From NCBI RefSeq assembly GCF_036365525.1, contig NC_090377.1, positions 67,136,301-67,200,300 of the forward strand: DNA of 64,000 nt. Reading direction: 5' to 3'. This document shows positions 12,200-25,499 of this stretch, piece after piece. Under the pieces are notes generated by a model. The model saw only the letters and a program-made list of their open reading frames with translations, made no database searches and had not been told where the DNA came from. The stretch's first letter is position 1; the number at the start of each line of letters is the position of its first letter. A program made the translations under genes and the position numbers. The DNA comes from Heterodontus francisci (lineage: Eukaryota).

Positions 12200-12760
12200 G
12201 ACATCAGGGTGGCTGAAAGCAGGTCATTATGAGATTGTCTTTTGCCTCCTTTGCACGTCACTCAATATGTCTGGCTTCCATTGTCGAGTTACCATCATCC
12301 ATTGCTGCTTGCTCCTGTCTCTACTCTGTGCCCTCCTAGTAAGAGGAAGATTGCCGCTCAGGCATATCTTCCTCATGTACTGCCTTCCCCCCTCTATAGT
12401 GCTAGATTGTACAGAGCACAGCAGACCACACCGATACGTGGGAACCTCGTTGGGGCATAATGCAGGACTCCACCAGATTGATCGAGGCAGCAGAACCTCA
12501 TCTTCAGCAGCCCAATGGCTTGCTTGATGGCAGCACGAGTGGAGCCATGGCAAGTGTTGTACCTCTCATCTGCTGCATTGCAAGAGCTCCTTGCAGGTGT
12601 CAGAAGCCATGTCTTCAATGGGTAGCCCCTGTCCCCAAGAATCCATCCCTGAAGGTGAGCAGGGGGGTTGAAAAGCTGAGGCACCTGGGACCATTGGTGC
12701 CACCAGCTTTTAACAGTCGCAAAGCTGAAGACATGTGAATAATGCACGTCATTCACAAAA
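12200..12760 (-). pseudogene. Harbinger DDE transposase (HARBI1-like) C-terminal remnant
   Basis: [18 protein letters not shown]...[33 protein letters not shown]......[10 protein letters not shown], then an acidic tail. Confidence 0.9.
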
Positions 12761-13519
12761 TCACGGTCCAGTCATTAAATCAGGAACAATTATATTTAAA
12801 TTCATGTCAAACAGAATTTCACCAATTTAAATTAGGTTGCTGTCATGTCGGGGCATCAATACCTCGATAGTACTTCCCTACCTCTAACAAAATCAGAACA
12901 CTACAGAACGGTGCCGGGTTTCGGGGTGGTTGGCTCCGCAGTGGTTCTCCATCACCCCCACACCACTGAACCTGCCTTAAATGGCAGTACAAAATTCAGC
13001 CCATGACTGCAGACCACACAGAGAACATTTGAAACATTTGGAGGGGCAAAGTCCATAGCAGGGGAGGCCATGACTTTCCTTCTTTAGCCCAGAGGAGCAT
13101 TCCAGGTCTTGCTGACATCGCAGAACAAAGTAAAAACATTCACTAACTCGGCACATCTCAACTCTCTTTAGCCTAGTGGTGATCTCCTTGCTCTGGCCTG
13201 AGTCAAAATCACAGGTGATCACCCAGAAACCTGACTCAAAATTGCAGTCAGCGTCTCTGGATGACTGTCAGGTAAGTAAGTAACCCAGGGCATTTTAACT
13301 GTTCACACATCTGGTTTCTGCTGGGCCAGTGAGGTTAAAATCCTCCCAAAATTTTCATTGTCTCTCGAAGGCATGGAAAAAATGTTGGCGTTTTGTTCAT
13401 TCCCTGAGAGGAATGGTACACTGAAGGTACACATTCTGAAGAAGTTATCAGCAAGATATAAATAAGGTATCAGAAGATTAATAATATGGAGAAAGTCCCG
13501 AAGAACTCATGAATTTCAG

Positions 13520-13550
13520 ATCTGATGAAAGGTTACCAACCTGAAACGTT
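13520..13550 (+). ncRNA. Minimal hammerhead ribozyme core (fragment of the Penelope-associated repeat)
   Basis: ctgatga-a-aggtt-acc-aacct-gaaac-gtt, immediately followed by a MITE terminus gggttgaatttt. Confidence 0.6.
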
Positions 13551-14719
13551 GGGTTGAATTTTCCAGCAATGGGCCTAAATGGCCTCCTTCTGTAAATGAT
13601 TCTATGATTCTACATCGGGGCCCCCCAATTGTCTGCTTCCATGGTCACCATTGCATTAAGGATGGCAGGCAGGTTCCCAAGGCTGGAGGCTCAATCAGAG
13701 GAACTACAACGATGTCAGGCTGGCAGCCCCACCGGGAGAGGTAAGCACTGCCGAGGTAGGCCAGCGAGCGCGAGGGCACCTCAACATGGAGGCACCCTCA
13801 GTTGCCTAAAGAGAAGTCATCAAGTAAAACTGGTACGGCCATTGAGGTGGAAGGGAAACCCCTCCGCAGGTGTAGTGCAGAAGTAAATACTGAGGTATAA
13901 CTTTATAACTGAGGTATGGCTTTAAGAGCATTTTAAACAAACCCTCATCTTCCAAACAGTATCTTCACAAATTGGTAAACAATTAAAAATGCAATTTTAT
14001 TTGCTTGAATACATGCTTCAAGCATAATTTTTCGCACTGACATAGAAAAAGAGCAGCCAAGTAAATAGCCATGTCTTAGCATCAGTTTGGGGTTAACTCT
14101 GGAATTGCTTCAATATCAACTGAGAACTAAGTACAATCAAACAACCATGAAAAACATATGGGTGGATCAGCCACACTGAAAACTCAGATTTAAAGACAAA
14201 AATAGATTATGAAAACATGTTTGCACAACTCAAACTATAATAGATATTAAGAACTGACCAACAATAAGTTGCAGAGTCACATTTCCATTTCAGAGGAAGT
14301 TGCCTCAATTCAACTCTGACCCAAATGTAGGAAACATAGATGATCGACTTCTTTAAAGAAAAGATGTCAAATCCGTACACTTTGGAATTCCATTGTATTC
14401 ATTAATGTATGGGTGTATGACACTTACTATATTTATTCCATGTTCATTTCCAAAGATTCTGTTAACACTGATCAAAGTTCACAGAGCTAAACTTTTCACA
14501 CAGAAACAAATAAAGCTTGGCATGGTGAGCCTAAATGGCACAAATGGTAGTTCAAAGATAAGCACTTGTTCACAGCCTTCAGTTACCTACACAAGTAGAC
14601 TGATATTTGATAGGATCCTCATAGCCTACAATTTCAAACAGTGAACTTGCAATACAGTTTCAACTGCTATCGCATTATCACCTTCAGTGCTATTTTTATG
14701 TACAACTGTTATGGCTAAA

Positions 14720-16120
14720 ATTAATAGAGATCATTGCAGTTTTGAAAAGGGAGGGGGACAGTACCTGAGGAGAGAGAACCATTTACAATGTCAGCTAGCA
14801 CGGGGGCCAGGAAGGGAGGTTGGCTGGTCAGCAGTGTAGTGGGAATGGGTCAAGACAGCAGAAGATATGTCTCATGGATGCAATGAGCTCTGAGAGACCT
14901 TGGGCGGTGGGGGATGGCATAGGAGATAGCAGAATTGAAGTTAGAAAATAATGTGAGCTCAGGTCTAGAGAAGGGGGATCTTTGGAGGAGGTATGGCTTG
15001 GTGGGGAAGAGGAAGGGGGAATGCAACAGAGGCAGATGATTGGATGGTCTCACTCTTAGTGACAAAGAAGGCCATGAGCTCCTCACACTTGTTGTTAAAG
15101 GTGAGGGGCAAGTAAGAGGGGTTTAAGGAGACAGTTGATTGTGGACAAAAGAAGCTGGGGATTATCTTCATTTTCCAGAATAATCATCAGCTTGTTAGTA
15201 AGGATTGTCAGAGGATAGAAAGACCCACTAGTGCTTGATGTGGTCCAGCTAGATCTGGTGAAAGATGCTGAAACTAGGGTGTGGATTTTATAAGCCCGCC
15301 ACCGGTACTGGAGGCGGACGACGAAAATGGCACACCCCAAATAGCCGCTGCGATTCCAAGCACGACACCTTGTTTAAATAACCGGGGCGGACCGCATCCC
15401 CCCCACAATCATGTGGAGGGGGCGGACTGTCCGTCCCTGTCAATGGCATCAGCTGCCTGTGCGCAGGCGCTGACGCCATTTTTGAAGGGCTGTCAGCCCT
15501 CTCAATAAATTTAAATATGTAAAGATAGATTACATGAAATAAAATAAATACATCTCTTTTGCCCCTCTCCCACCCCCTCAATAACAATTAAATTAATTAT
15601 TTGCCCTTTCCCTCCCAAAACACTTATCTTTATTATTTGACCTTCCCCCCCACAGCTGCACAAACTTTAAACTATAACCCTTCCCACCATTCCCTACCCT
15701 CATGATGCTAATTTGACCCCATTTCCCCACCGCCCACCCCTCCACTGAGAAACTTACCACCTGCCCCTTCCCCACCAGTGTTGTACCTCATTTCCCTAGA
15801 CGGGGAACCAAAGGCGCAGTAGCGCTGGCCGCCACGGTGAAGATCACGTTTGTACTTCAGGAGGTGACGGGAGACTCATTAATTCAGGAGATTTAATTTA
15901 TTTAAATATTTAAATGGCGGTCCCGTCACCAAGTGGCGGGGTTGCCGCCACGAGGCCTCGCTGCCACCAGCAATATCGGGCCGGACCCTGCCGGCATCGA
16001 GGTCTGTGGCGGGCCTCATCCAGGGTGATCTTAATGCCACCCCCCACCGCCACTGATCCTGACGTCGAGGGCTCTATAAAATCCAGCCCTAGTTGTGCAC
16101 CAGGTATGCCTAGGTCTAAA
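14720..16120 (-). mobile_element. L2 LINE ORF2 fragment split by a MITE
   Basis: Minus-strand translations ILENEDNPQLLLSTINCLLKP and CEELMAFFVTKSETIQS resemble L2 ORF2. Sequence continues across the MITE. Confidence 0.7.
15278..16089. mobile_element. Harbinger-type MITE, relatively young
   Basis: TIR ggtgtggattttata / tataaaatccagccc, 3-bp TSD tag/tag, CpG-rich arms around an AT-rich centre. Confidence 0.85.
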
Positions 16121-16824
16121 GTTTAGAATTTTTAAAAAGTCATTGTAACAAGTATATAATATACTGAGATATATTTTATTAGACTATAAAATTTTGCTTT
16201 TACACAGCTTTGACATTTTTATGTTCTATCATTGATGAAAAACACCTGGAACGCCCAATCCCTGACCAAGTAGCTGGGAAGGCAATCCGTTTCTGATCCA
16301 GTGGAGGAATATGGAAGTATTCCAGATCAGGCGGTTGCAGATATTTTGCTCCCTCTCTGTAGGAAATGTTTACATCCTGCTAAGTTTCTCTTCATTGATA
16401 ATCCAGGCAGGGTCACAAAGCACTGAATCCTAGGTACAAAGTCACATGCATCATACTACGAATCAATATATTATTAATATGTCAATAGAACAAGCCATTG
16501 TCCTGCCCTAATCAAAAAAAGGCATTCTCGTTTGAGGTTACAATTTTGGAAAATTATAGATGCATCACGAGTGGTGATGGAACTATTCAGGAAAAGGTAT
16601 AGCATAATGAAATATCACTGATAGTGCTCAATTCAACAGAACAATGTTAACAACAGTACATTCATAAGCTTTTCCTTCATTGTAAGGCCAGATTTGTCCT
16701 GAGCTTACAGTTCACACAGCACCAGACTAGTTACTAATTGTCCATTGGACCAAACTTTACAGAAGTAACCATTCAAGTTGGGCATTTTAATCTAAGTGAT
16801 GACAGCTAGTCCTCATTGTACAAC

Positions 16825-18682
16825 CAAAATGAATATAGAAAGTATAAAGGAGATCTATAAAAGGAAATAAGAGGGAAAAAGAGAAAGTATGAGAATAGAT
16901 CAGTGGTTAAAATAAAAGGGAATCTAAAAGTCTTTTATAAAGACATAAATAGTAAAAAGGTAGTCAAAGGAAGGGTGTGAGTGATTAGGGACCAAAAAGG
17001 AAATTCTTGTGGCAGCAGAGGGGATGTTTGAGGTGCTAAATGAGTACTTTGCATCTGTCTTCACTAAAGAAGAGGATGCTGCCATTATAGCATTAAAGGA
17101 GGAGGTGGTAGAGATATTGAGTGAATAAAAATCGGTAGAAGGCAGCACTCAATGTAGAAAAGTCCCGTAGGCTGGATGGGATATATCCTAAATTGCTGAG
17201 TGAAGTTAAGGTGAAAATTATGGAAGCTCTGTCCACAATCTTACAATTCTCCTTAGATATGGGGGTGGGACTAGAGGATTGAAAATGTCATACCCCTGTT
17301 CAAAAAAGGGGAGTGGGATAAACTTGGCAGCTACAGGCCAGTCAGCTTAACGTCAATGGTGGAGAAATTTTTAGAGACAATAATCTGGGGCAAAATTAAT
17401 TGGCAATTGGAAAAGTATGGGCTAATAAATGAAAGCCAGCATGGATTTGTTAAAGGAAATCATGTTTGATTGACTTGATAGAGTTATTTGATGAAGTAAC
17501 AGAGAACGTTGATGAGTGTGGGATGGTGATATGTTCTTTGGACAAAAGACATTTGACAAAGTACCACATAATGGACTTGTAAGCAAAATTAAAGCTCTTG
17601 AGATCAAAGGGACAAACATTGGCTAAGGGACAGCAATCAGAGAAGACTAGTGAACGGCTGTTTTTGAGACAGCAGGGAAAGTATACGGTGCTGTTCCCCA
17701 AAGGTTGGTATTCGGACCATTGCTCTTTTTGGTGTATATTAATGACCTGGACTTGTGTACACAAGGCAGAACTTCAAAGTTTGCAAATGACACAAAACTC
17801 AGAAATGTAGTAAACAATGAGGAGGATAGTAACAGACTCCAGGAGGACATAAACTGGTGGAATGGGCAGATACACGGCAGATGAAATTTAACTCAGAGAA
17901 GTGTGAAGTGATACATTTTGGAAGGATGAATGAGGAAAGGTAATATAAACAAAATGGTACAATTTTAAAGGGAGTGCAGGAACAGAGAGACCTGGGTGTA
18001 CATACACAAATCTTTGAAGGTGGAGGGACAAGTTGAGTAGGCCATTAGAAAAGCCTTGGCTTTATTAATAGAGGCATAGAGTACAAAAGCAAGGACGCTA
18101 TGCTAAACCTTCATAAAACACTGGTTAGGCCTCAGCTCGACAATTATGTTCAATTCCGGGCACCACAGTTTAGGAAGGATGTCAAGGTTTTAGAGAGACT
18201 GCAGAAGAGATTTAGTAGAATAGTACCCGGGTGAGGAGCTTCAGTTATGTGGAAAGCCGGGGTTGTTCTCCTTAGAGCAGAGAAGGATAAGAGGAGATGG
18301 TATTTGACAGTGGTGTTCAAAATCATGAAGCATTTTGATAGAGTAAATAAGGAGATACTGTTTCCATTGGCAGAAGGATCAATAATCAGTGCACACAGAT
18401 TTAAGATGGTAGGAATAGAACTAGAGGTGACATGAGGACTTTTTTTGTTACACAGTGAGATGTTGTGCTATGGAATGCACTGCCTGACAGGGTGGTGGAA
18501 GCAAATTTGGTAGTAACCTCCTAAAGGGAATTGCAGAAATACTTGAAGGGAAAAAAATTACAGTGCTATGGGGACAAAATCAGAGAGTGGGACTAATGTG
18601 ATAGCTCTTTCAAAGAGCCAGCACAGGCACTATGGGCCGAATGGCTTCCTTCTATGCTGTACCATTCTATGATTCTATGATC
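16825..18682 (+). mobile_element. CR1 LINE ORF2 3' ~1.9 kb, heavily decayed
   Basis: Recognisable EVLNEYFASVFT, SYRPVSLTS, SQHGFVKG and KFANDTKL motifs, and tail gggccgaatggcttccttct...(attctatg)n. Confidence 0.9.
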
Positions 18683-18906
18683 TACTTGCACTTTACTACT
18701 TAATTTTTTTTTTGTAGTTGAATGTCTTGTGCTAAATAGTTTTAGTTCTTGCTAAAGTATTTTCTTTAATGGTGTTGGGCTTCAGATATATGGAGAGTCC
18801 TTGAGTTCCCTTTACACCATACAACTTCTGTGTTTATAAAGACTTTCTGGAGGAGAGGTTCAACTTAGTGAACAGGGCAGTCCCCATATCAACAGAAAAT
18901 ACCTTG

Positions 18907-19950
18907 GGGATTATTTTGGGCAAAAGGTGAAAACAAGTCCTAAATAGATGCTGTGAGAATAGCACCTGGTTAACAGTCTAAATTTAGCATGCAATTTTGT
19001 TCCTAATTGCTACATACCATAATTAGAACTTGCCTGGAGTTCCTGGTGGAGGAGGCAGAAAGGGGATGGGATGTCCTCTACCTCCAGGGGTGGGGGTTGA
19101 GAAGGAGTTCACACAGGAAAGTGGTGTGGCGCGTGAGGAAGGAGATCACCCAGGAGTCATAGCCAGCAGCCAGGACATGGCTCCAGTGCAGCAAGAAATT
19201 TAATGACTTGACATGATTGTTCAAGGTAAGATACCATCTCACAAATGCACTTCTCAATAACAGTACCATCATCACCAGCATCACAACCTCAATACATGTC
19301 ATCCACCATCTAACTATACACTGATATTCACACAACCCACTCTATTATACCATGCACAGGCACTTCTCACACTTCAGACACATCTCACAGCTCTTCAACC
19401 CTGTAAGGCATCAGACAGATACAAACACACCTGTCAATACATTCATTCACAATCACTACGCTTTCTCTTCCAGGAAAAAAAGCACGTAACAGGCAATAGC
19501 AGTATCTGACTGGAAGAGGTCAACCATGTCTGCATGACATCACTCCCTTGAACAGGCAATGCTGGCCATGATCAGGAAGGGAATGGGAGATGATATGTCA
19601 CAGGCAGAGGAGGGAGCATCTTGCCTGGAGGTATGTGGCCTCTCCAGTTTCCTTACGATGCAAAACTATTCCTGATTCCTAATCACCAAAATCTTCCAAG
19701 CTCCATATGATCAAATCACACACATCCTCATATAGTCATCACATGCACTGCACCCTAATCCTCCCAGTTTTATCATTACAGGCTCCCAGGAGCAAGATCC
19801 ACCTCACCCCCCTCCCTCCAGAGCAAATGCAAGATGGGCAAATGCCACTTTGCCCACCCCTGAAGAAGAAGAAGGAAAAGAACGCACAAGATCAATGGTT
19901 ACCAATGTTGCAGGCACAAGGAGGGAAAAATGAACAGATTTTCCACCTCA
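18907..19950 (+). mobile_element. Harbinger terminus with intron-containing Myb/SANT gene remnant
   Basis: End ggggattattttgggcaaaaggtgaaaacaag matches the reverse complement of ~59890-59926. Coding remnants LEFLVEEAE..DVLY and RTWLQCSKKF.DL, donor aag|gtaag, and next acceptor ttccag. Confidence 0.7.
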
Positions 19951-20754
19951 CTCTTGTACTTCTACTATGGCACTATAAAGGGGCAAAATTTACAAGATTT
20001 TAGCATGTACATAACAGATAGTACAATCAGATCTTTCCTAAATTCCTGTCCATTCTGTTGGAATGGTGTTTATTTGCCTACACAAAAATGTGAGTTGGTT
20101 CATGTTTCTAGATAGTGTTATTGCTGAAGCTTGGAGTTATAGGCTGTTATTATAGAAATTTATATAGTTCATCAATGTTGAAAATAGCAACAGGAAATGT
20201 GTAAAATTAAAAGAGATATACAAAGAACGAATGGATCTAGAAGTTATTAATTGTCTTTAACAGAATTGTGAAGCTCAACTATAGAACTTTTCAAAGGATC
20301 AAATGTAAATTATTTGTGCTTTTCACTGGAGGATAAATAGATTCCCTAAAGACTACGCCATGTGGATTATCATGTAAACTTTACAAAAAGGAGGGGGAAG
20401 GCAGAGTAATCACAAATGCTTGTTTACTGCGACCATTCCTTCATGTTCTCTCCCGTTAGCCGGGAGAAGATGTCAGTCTAGATCACAGATTTTTCTGTCA
20501 CCAGCTGTGCTGGCCTCCATCAGCCAACAAGTGAGTTGTCATACCTAAATTTTCTGGAGCAAAATCTACAGCAGAATTTGCAATACTATATCCACCCCAC
20601 AGAACAGTTTGTGAGTATGGAAGGGGAAGAGAGACAGCTTGTCATTTGTTAAACATTCTTTTTTCCCCATGTGGGGGTACAAGCGATATAGCCTGTGAGG
20701 AACGTAACAGTTTGCCTTCTAATTGAAAGTACAGTGCTACATTCAAGTTGTTAA

Positions 20755-21182
20755 GTATCAGATTGGTAGCACTCTAGACTTTGAAGTAAAACATTCAAGC
20801 ATACTCTAGGAATTAACCACATAGTACAGAGTGAAACTGAGCGAGTGTTCATTGTCAGAGGTCCATCTTTTGGATGAGACATTAAATCAAAGCCCCCCTC
20901 TGCCTGTTTAGGTGGATGAAAAATTCCATAGCACTATTCAAAGCATAGGGATGTCTCCTGGTGTCCTGACCAACGTTTCTCCACCACCAAAAATAGACAT
21001 TAACTGATTTTGTGCCATAATTTGCTGTGCATGGTATCTTGCTTGTGAAATTGGCTGTTATGTTTGCTTAAACAAGAACAATAAATGCAATTCAAAAGTA
21101 ATTCATTGTTTTTGAAGAATCTGGAGATGTACTGATGATGTAATAAGGAACAATATAAATGCAAGTTCTGCTTTCTTTCTGA
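20755..21182 (+). mobile_element. Deu-SINE (SacSINE1-like)
   Basis: Deu core ggatgagacattaaatc...ggtggatgaaaaattccatagcactatt and L2-type tail atataaatgcaagttct. Confidence 0.75.
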
Positions 21183-21413
21183 AGTGGTCAATGTAGCATT
21201 CCAGTGAAACCATTTCCACAGAAGGCAACTGAGATTTAATAGTTAAGTCTAAGATTCAAGATGGCCGCACAGAATGAAAATCCAATCTATTAATGCTTGA
21301 ATTACCTCAATCCTTGTGTAGTTTTAAATAAAAGTTAATAATGCTTAGGTGCTGGATATCATATCACTAACATGTCAAGAAATTAATGGTGGCAAAAAAA
21401 TCTGAGACTGACG

Positions 21414-22306
21414 TGTTTTATGACTGAGGCTGGAGGAATGCATCTTCTTTCTCTAGTCCCACTTCTCCATGAGTCACAACATATATTTAAATGCTTTACC
21501 CAGTTACTGGTATAGCCAATTATATACTTTATTTTAATTTCAGAATAAAATCCACCAACCAGGTTTCTTTAATAAACAACAAAAGTATTCATTTATTATT
21601 AAACAAGAATTAGTCAATAAAGATGCAAAGCTTTAACACACAATTTGAAATATGACAGTAAAGATATATATTCCCTTCTAAGTACCCAACACACACACAA
21701 ACACACACCAATTAAAGGAAAAATAAAGATGCTTTGGCCAAAGTACTTGTTAATTCTTGAAGAAAAAGGATGATATGTTATATTCCAGATGGCATACAGT
21801 CTGGTGTCCGAGTACATGTAGACAGGTCACTGGGATCTTTTCAGAAGCAGTTCGTTCAGGAGATGTCGAGAAGAAGTCTTCCAGAAGCTTCTCAGGCAAA
21901 ATGCTGCTTCAGTTTCTCTATTTCTTACAATTGATTCTCAGGGTTTCTCAAAGAGGTGAAATAAGATGAGCTGGGTGCTTCTCTCTTAGCAGGCTTACCC
22001 CCCCAACTGACTCAAAGCAATCTTCAAAATGAAAGCAATTCTTGACCACCATAAATCATGACATGTCACTTCTCTGTAAACAGCTCCCCCTAGTCACTAA
22101 GGCTTTTGCCGTTTACTTGAGCTTTCTGTTTACTTAGCTGAAGGCTAAGTAAACAGAAAGCTCAAGTCCCAAAGTATTTTCGGTGATCCTTTAAAAAAAA
22201 ACATAGTCCAGCACCTATTTAATCACTTCAATCCTCCAAATGAATACTACAATCTGCAACCACGAGTCCTCAAAACATTTTTAAAAATAGAAGCACTTTC
22301 ATAACA
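21414..22306 (-). mobile_element. Solo LTR (Gypsy-like)
   Basis: TGTT...AACA ends (tgttttatga / tcataaca), poly(A) signals on the minus strand, no internal coding sequence. Confidence 0.6.
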
Positions 22307-22523
22307 CTTGCAAAAAGAGAAAATATAAAAGAACGAAGTATGAAACAGACCAACAAATGACAACAGATGAGGGTACTGCAATAAAGGCACCTCAAGAGAA
22401 ACACCAGTAGTAAGGACATCACCTATACATTCTAGAGGAAGTATTACTTTGACCATACCTATCAACTGAACCACTCTCCTATTGTGTACAGAGTTTGATC
22501 AAATATTAAAAGTTTATAACACT

Positions 22524-22933
22524 GGCCCCAAAAATCCAAGTACTTGGTGCCACTTACCAGACCTCTAGCACTGAATATGTCTAAATATAAAGGAACAGGT
22601 GGAGGTTGCCTAATTAAATAGTGCTCTGCCAAAAAGTGTAGCCCCTCCCATCCTGAAAAAAAACTTCAAATGTGTCCATCAGCTCCCTTTATAATGTGGT
22701 TGCAAAAAGCTGCTGACATTTTTATTGGATCTTCAGGAGTCAGACAGGCCGAGACAAGGAAACTCATTCCCTGAATTCCCTTCCCCAGCCACCCTCTCTT
22801 ACACTGCTGTTCTTATTTGGGGCACATTATTAGACTTTGCATAAACTGATGTATCCAGGTCCTGGCCTAATTTCTCGCCACTCTCCCACAATCCACCAGG
22901 AATGCATCTGAAAGGCTAAAAATTTTTGGTCCC
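22524..22933. mobile_element. Harbinger-type MITE, old
   Basis: TIR ggccccaaaaat / atttttggtccc (10/12), flanks act/att. Confidence 0.55.
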
Positions 22934-23604
22934 ATTGTATTTTGCTGCATTTTTTTAACTGCAGTTCAAAATGCTTCTTTCATTAAACTGTCCTAGTATT
23001 CCTGCAGTACCTTGCATTCCTGTTGAACTGCCTCGCCTTGTACTCATTAACAATTATATTGCATCAGTGAGAGTGCTTTTCAACTCCTGAAAACAGCATG
23101 AAAAGCCATTACAGCTCCAGCTAGCAGCATAGTTCCATTTTTCTCAGGGAGACATTGCATGAACACAGGATCCACAGCCATTCTGGAGATAATGTTGGAT
23201 ATATCTTCAACTGTGTTGGAAACATTAGTGCACTTGGCAGTGTTTATTATAAATTACACAAATAAAAAAATAGTTCGCCCAAACAACTTGTAATTATATG
23301 CAGAGGAGCAGATTACATCATATTTTCAGTAATAAGTATAGTAATTAGTAAGCTAATTTAGTTCACTTACTCCTATGAACACCGTGGACATGTATACTAC
23401 ATTTGTGGCAAAACAATGTGCACTTTGATCCTGCAGCAGATACCAAATCAATGTCATCTTTACCAATAACTAACTAAAATATGTTGCATTTTCTATGTAA
23501 TAACAGTGCTTTAGAGGAGGTGTGTTTATACTTGTGTTCAGTGATATCCAGCATAGATTTTCATTGTAGCCTTGTGTTGTGTTGTTTCAACCACACTTGC
23601 ATAC

Positions 23605-24529
23605 TGTCATGGTCTTAGTTTTTTTTTCAGAATATGCGGTTTGCCTTTAAGGCTTGCAAAGAATCAGTTTTAATTTAAGAACCAGCAAGCTTTAGGAGTT
23701 ATAGGAAGGCGCATTTTTGTTGCCTTAGAAACAGCCATTTGGAGACTGCAATTCAAAGGGTGCATTCTCGTTACCATAGATATAGCCACTGGGAGTGAGC
23801 CTGATGCGATACATTTGTTACAATTCAGTTTTGAACTGGCAGTCAGTAAGACCGTTTGTTCTAACACAGACAGAGACAGAAGACACAGCTGTGATGAGCA
23901 CACCTGAAGAAAGAGTTCTCTACCATTTAAACTGAAGCAATAGGATTTTAGTCTGTTTAATTATTATCTCACAAAATTCTAAGAAAAAGTCAAGCCAAAA
24001 CAGAGATCTCAGGTAATTTAAATTGAAGAAAGGGAAGTTAGACTGTGACAATCTTTTATCCCTCAAAAACTCTAAAGTCACATTGAGTCTGTTGAAAGTG
24101 TTTGCAAGTTGCTAATTGTTGAAATTCACTGGAGAAGGAAAGCAACGTCCTGTGATGACTTAGAACAACATCCTATGAGGACTTTGAGCAACATCCTGTG
24201 AGGACTTTGAGAAACATTGGACTGTAAATTTGCAAGGACTCTAATTTTTTTCTATTTTAAATGTTGTTTAATCTTCATAGTGTTTAAGAATTTAGTTCTT
24301 CTAATTAAAGAGTTAATTTGTTGGTTTAAAGACACCTGGTTTGGTTAGCCTCATTCAGAGGTTAATAGATAGTACAATTTGGCTGGGTCTTTCTTTAACT
24401 TGGAAAGTTTAAATGATATGTTAGCCGATCTATAGAATGATGGGATTGAATTAACAGTGCATTGGTCCCACCACAATCAGAATTGTATATTTTGATTGGG
24501 GGCTTTGACAGGAGCGGTTGGTCGTAACA
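23605..24529 (+). mobile_element. Solo LTR (Gypsy-like)
   Basis: tgtcatg...cgtaaca ends, 4-bp flanks atac/atag, internal 23-bp tandem repeat. Confidence 0.7.
24142..24210 (+). repeat. Three tandem 23-bp units inside the LTR
   Basis: gcaacgtcctgtgatgacttaga / acaacatcctatgaggactttga / gcaacatcctgtgaggactttga. Confidence 0.9.
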
Positions 24530-24954
24530 ATAGTCTCAGAAAAGACTTGCTTGTCCCAATTGTGTCTTTTTGTACTACAATTGATGACTGTGGCACTGGT
24601 TGGTGCCCTGCTGAACACAGAGAGCAACCAGAGGTGGAAGGAATTTTGATTCCATCAGTAACTAGGTAACTCACTGAAATGTCAGTAATACCTAATAGTA
24701 AAGTGGTAATGCTCAGATTCCCCTCATAAACAAGAGTAACACAAGAACTCACTGATAGTCTATATGTTATTGGTAGTAATAGGTATAATGTCCGATATCA
24801 TGCCTGTAATTAGTGTTAATCCTATAACCCACTGATATTCACCCTGGAACCATAGCCCAAATCCCCCTGCACTGCACAAGGTTTGGTTTGGCTCCCCATG
24901 CAGCCATTTTTAAAAGACCTAATCTCTCTGCCTCTCTCCTTGGCCTCTGGCTCT

Positions 24955-25475
24955 ACATACATACATACGAACATACGAATTAGGAGCAGGAGTAGGCCAC
25001 TGAGCCCTTCGAGCCTGCTCTGCCATTCAATAAGTTCATGGCTGAACTGATTTCTCCACATTTCCACGTACCCCCGATAACCTTCCACCCCCTTGCTTAT
25101 CAAGAATCTATCTACCTCTGCCTTAAAAATACTCAAAGACTCTGTTTCCACCGACTTTGAGGAAGAGAATTTCAAAGACTCACGACCCTCAGGGAAAAAA
25201 ATTTCTCCTCATCTCAGTCTTAAATGGGCGACCCCTTATTTTTAAACAGTGACCCCTAGTTCTAGATTCTCCCACAAGGGGAAACATCCTTTCCACATCC
25301 ACCCTGTCAAGATACCTCAGGATCTTATATGTTTCAATCAAATCACCTCTTACTCTTCTAAATTCCAGCAGATACAAGCCTAGCCTGTCCAATCTTTCCT
25401 CATAAGACAACCCACCCATTCTAGGTATTAGTCTAGTAAACCTTCTCTGTACTGCCTCCAAAGCATTTATATCAT
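24955..25475 (-). mobile_element. CR1 LINE 3' end
   Basis: [45 protein letters not shown]1 tail and short tandem repeat. Confidence 0.92.
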
Positions 25476-25499
25476 TTACTTATTTACATATGAAGGTCA

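Larger units (their letters stand above)
10302..13347. mobile_element. Decayed Harbinger/PIF transposon complex (possibly one element nested in a MITE)
   Basis: TIR-like ends ggtgtggatttt (10302) and aaaatcctccc (13347), plus an internal end aaaattcagccc (13002). Contains convergent Myb/SANT and transposase remnants. Confidence 0.7.

Noticed and set aside
12200-12760. Host HARBI1 gene (also considered for 55700-56865)
   Set aside because: Both are truncated or frameshifted and sit beside Myb/SANT remnants within TIR-like ends, so they are transposon fossils.
24142-24210. CRISPR-like array
   Set aside because: Head-to-tail tandem units with no unique spacers, in a eukaryotic LTR context with no cas genes.
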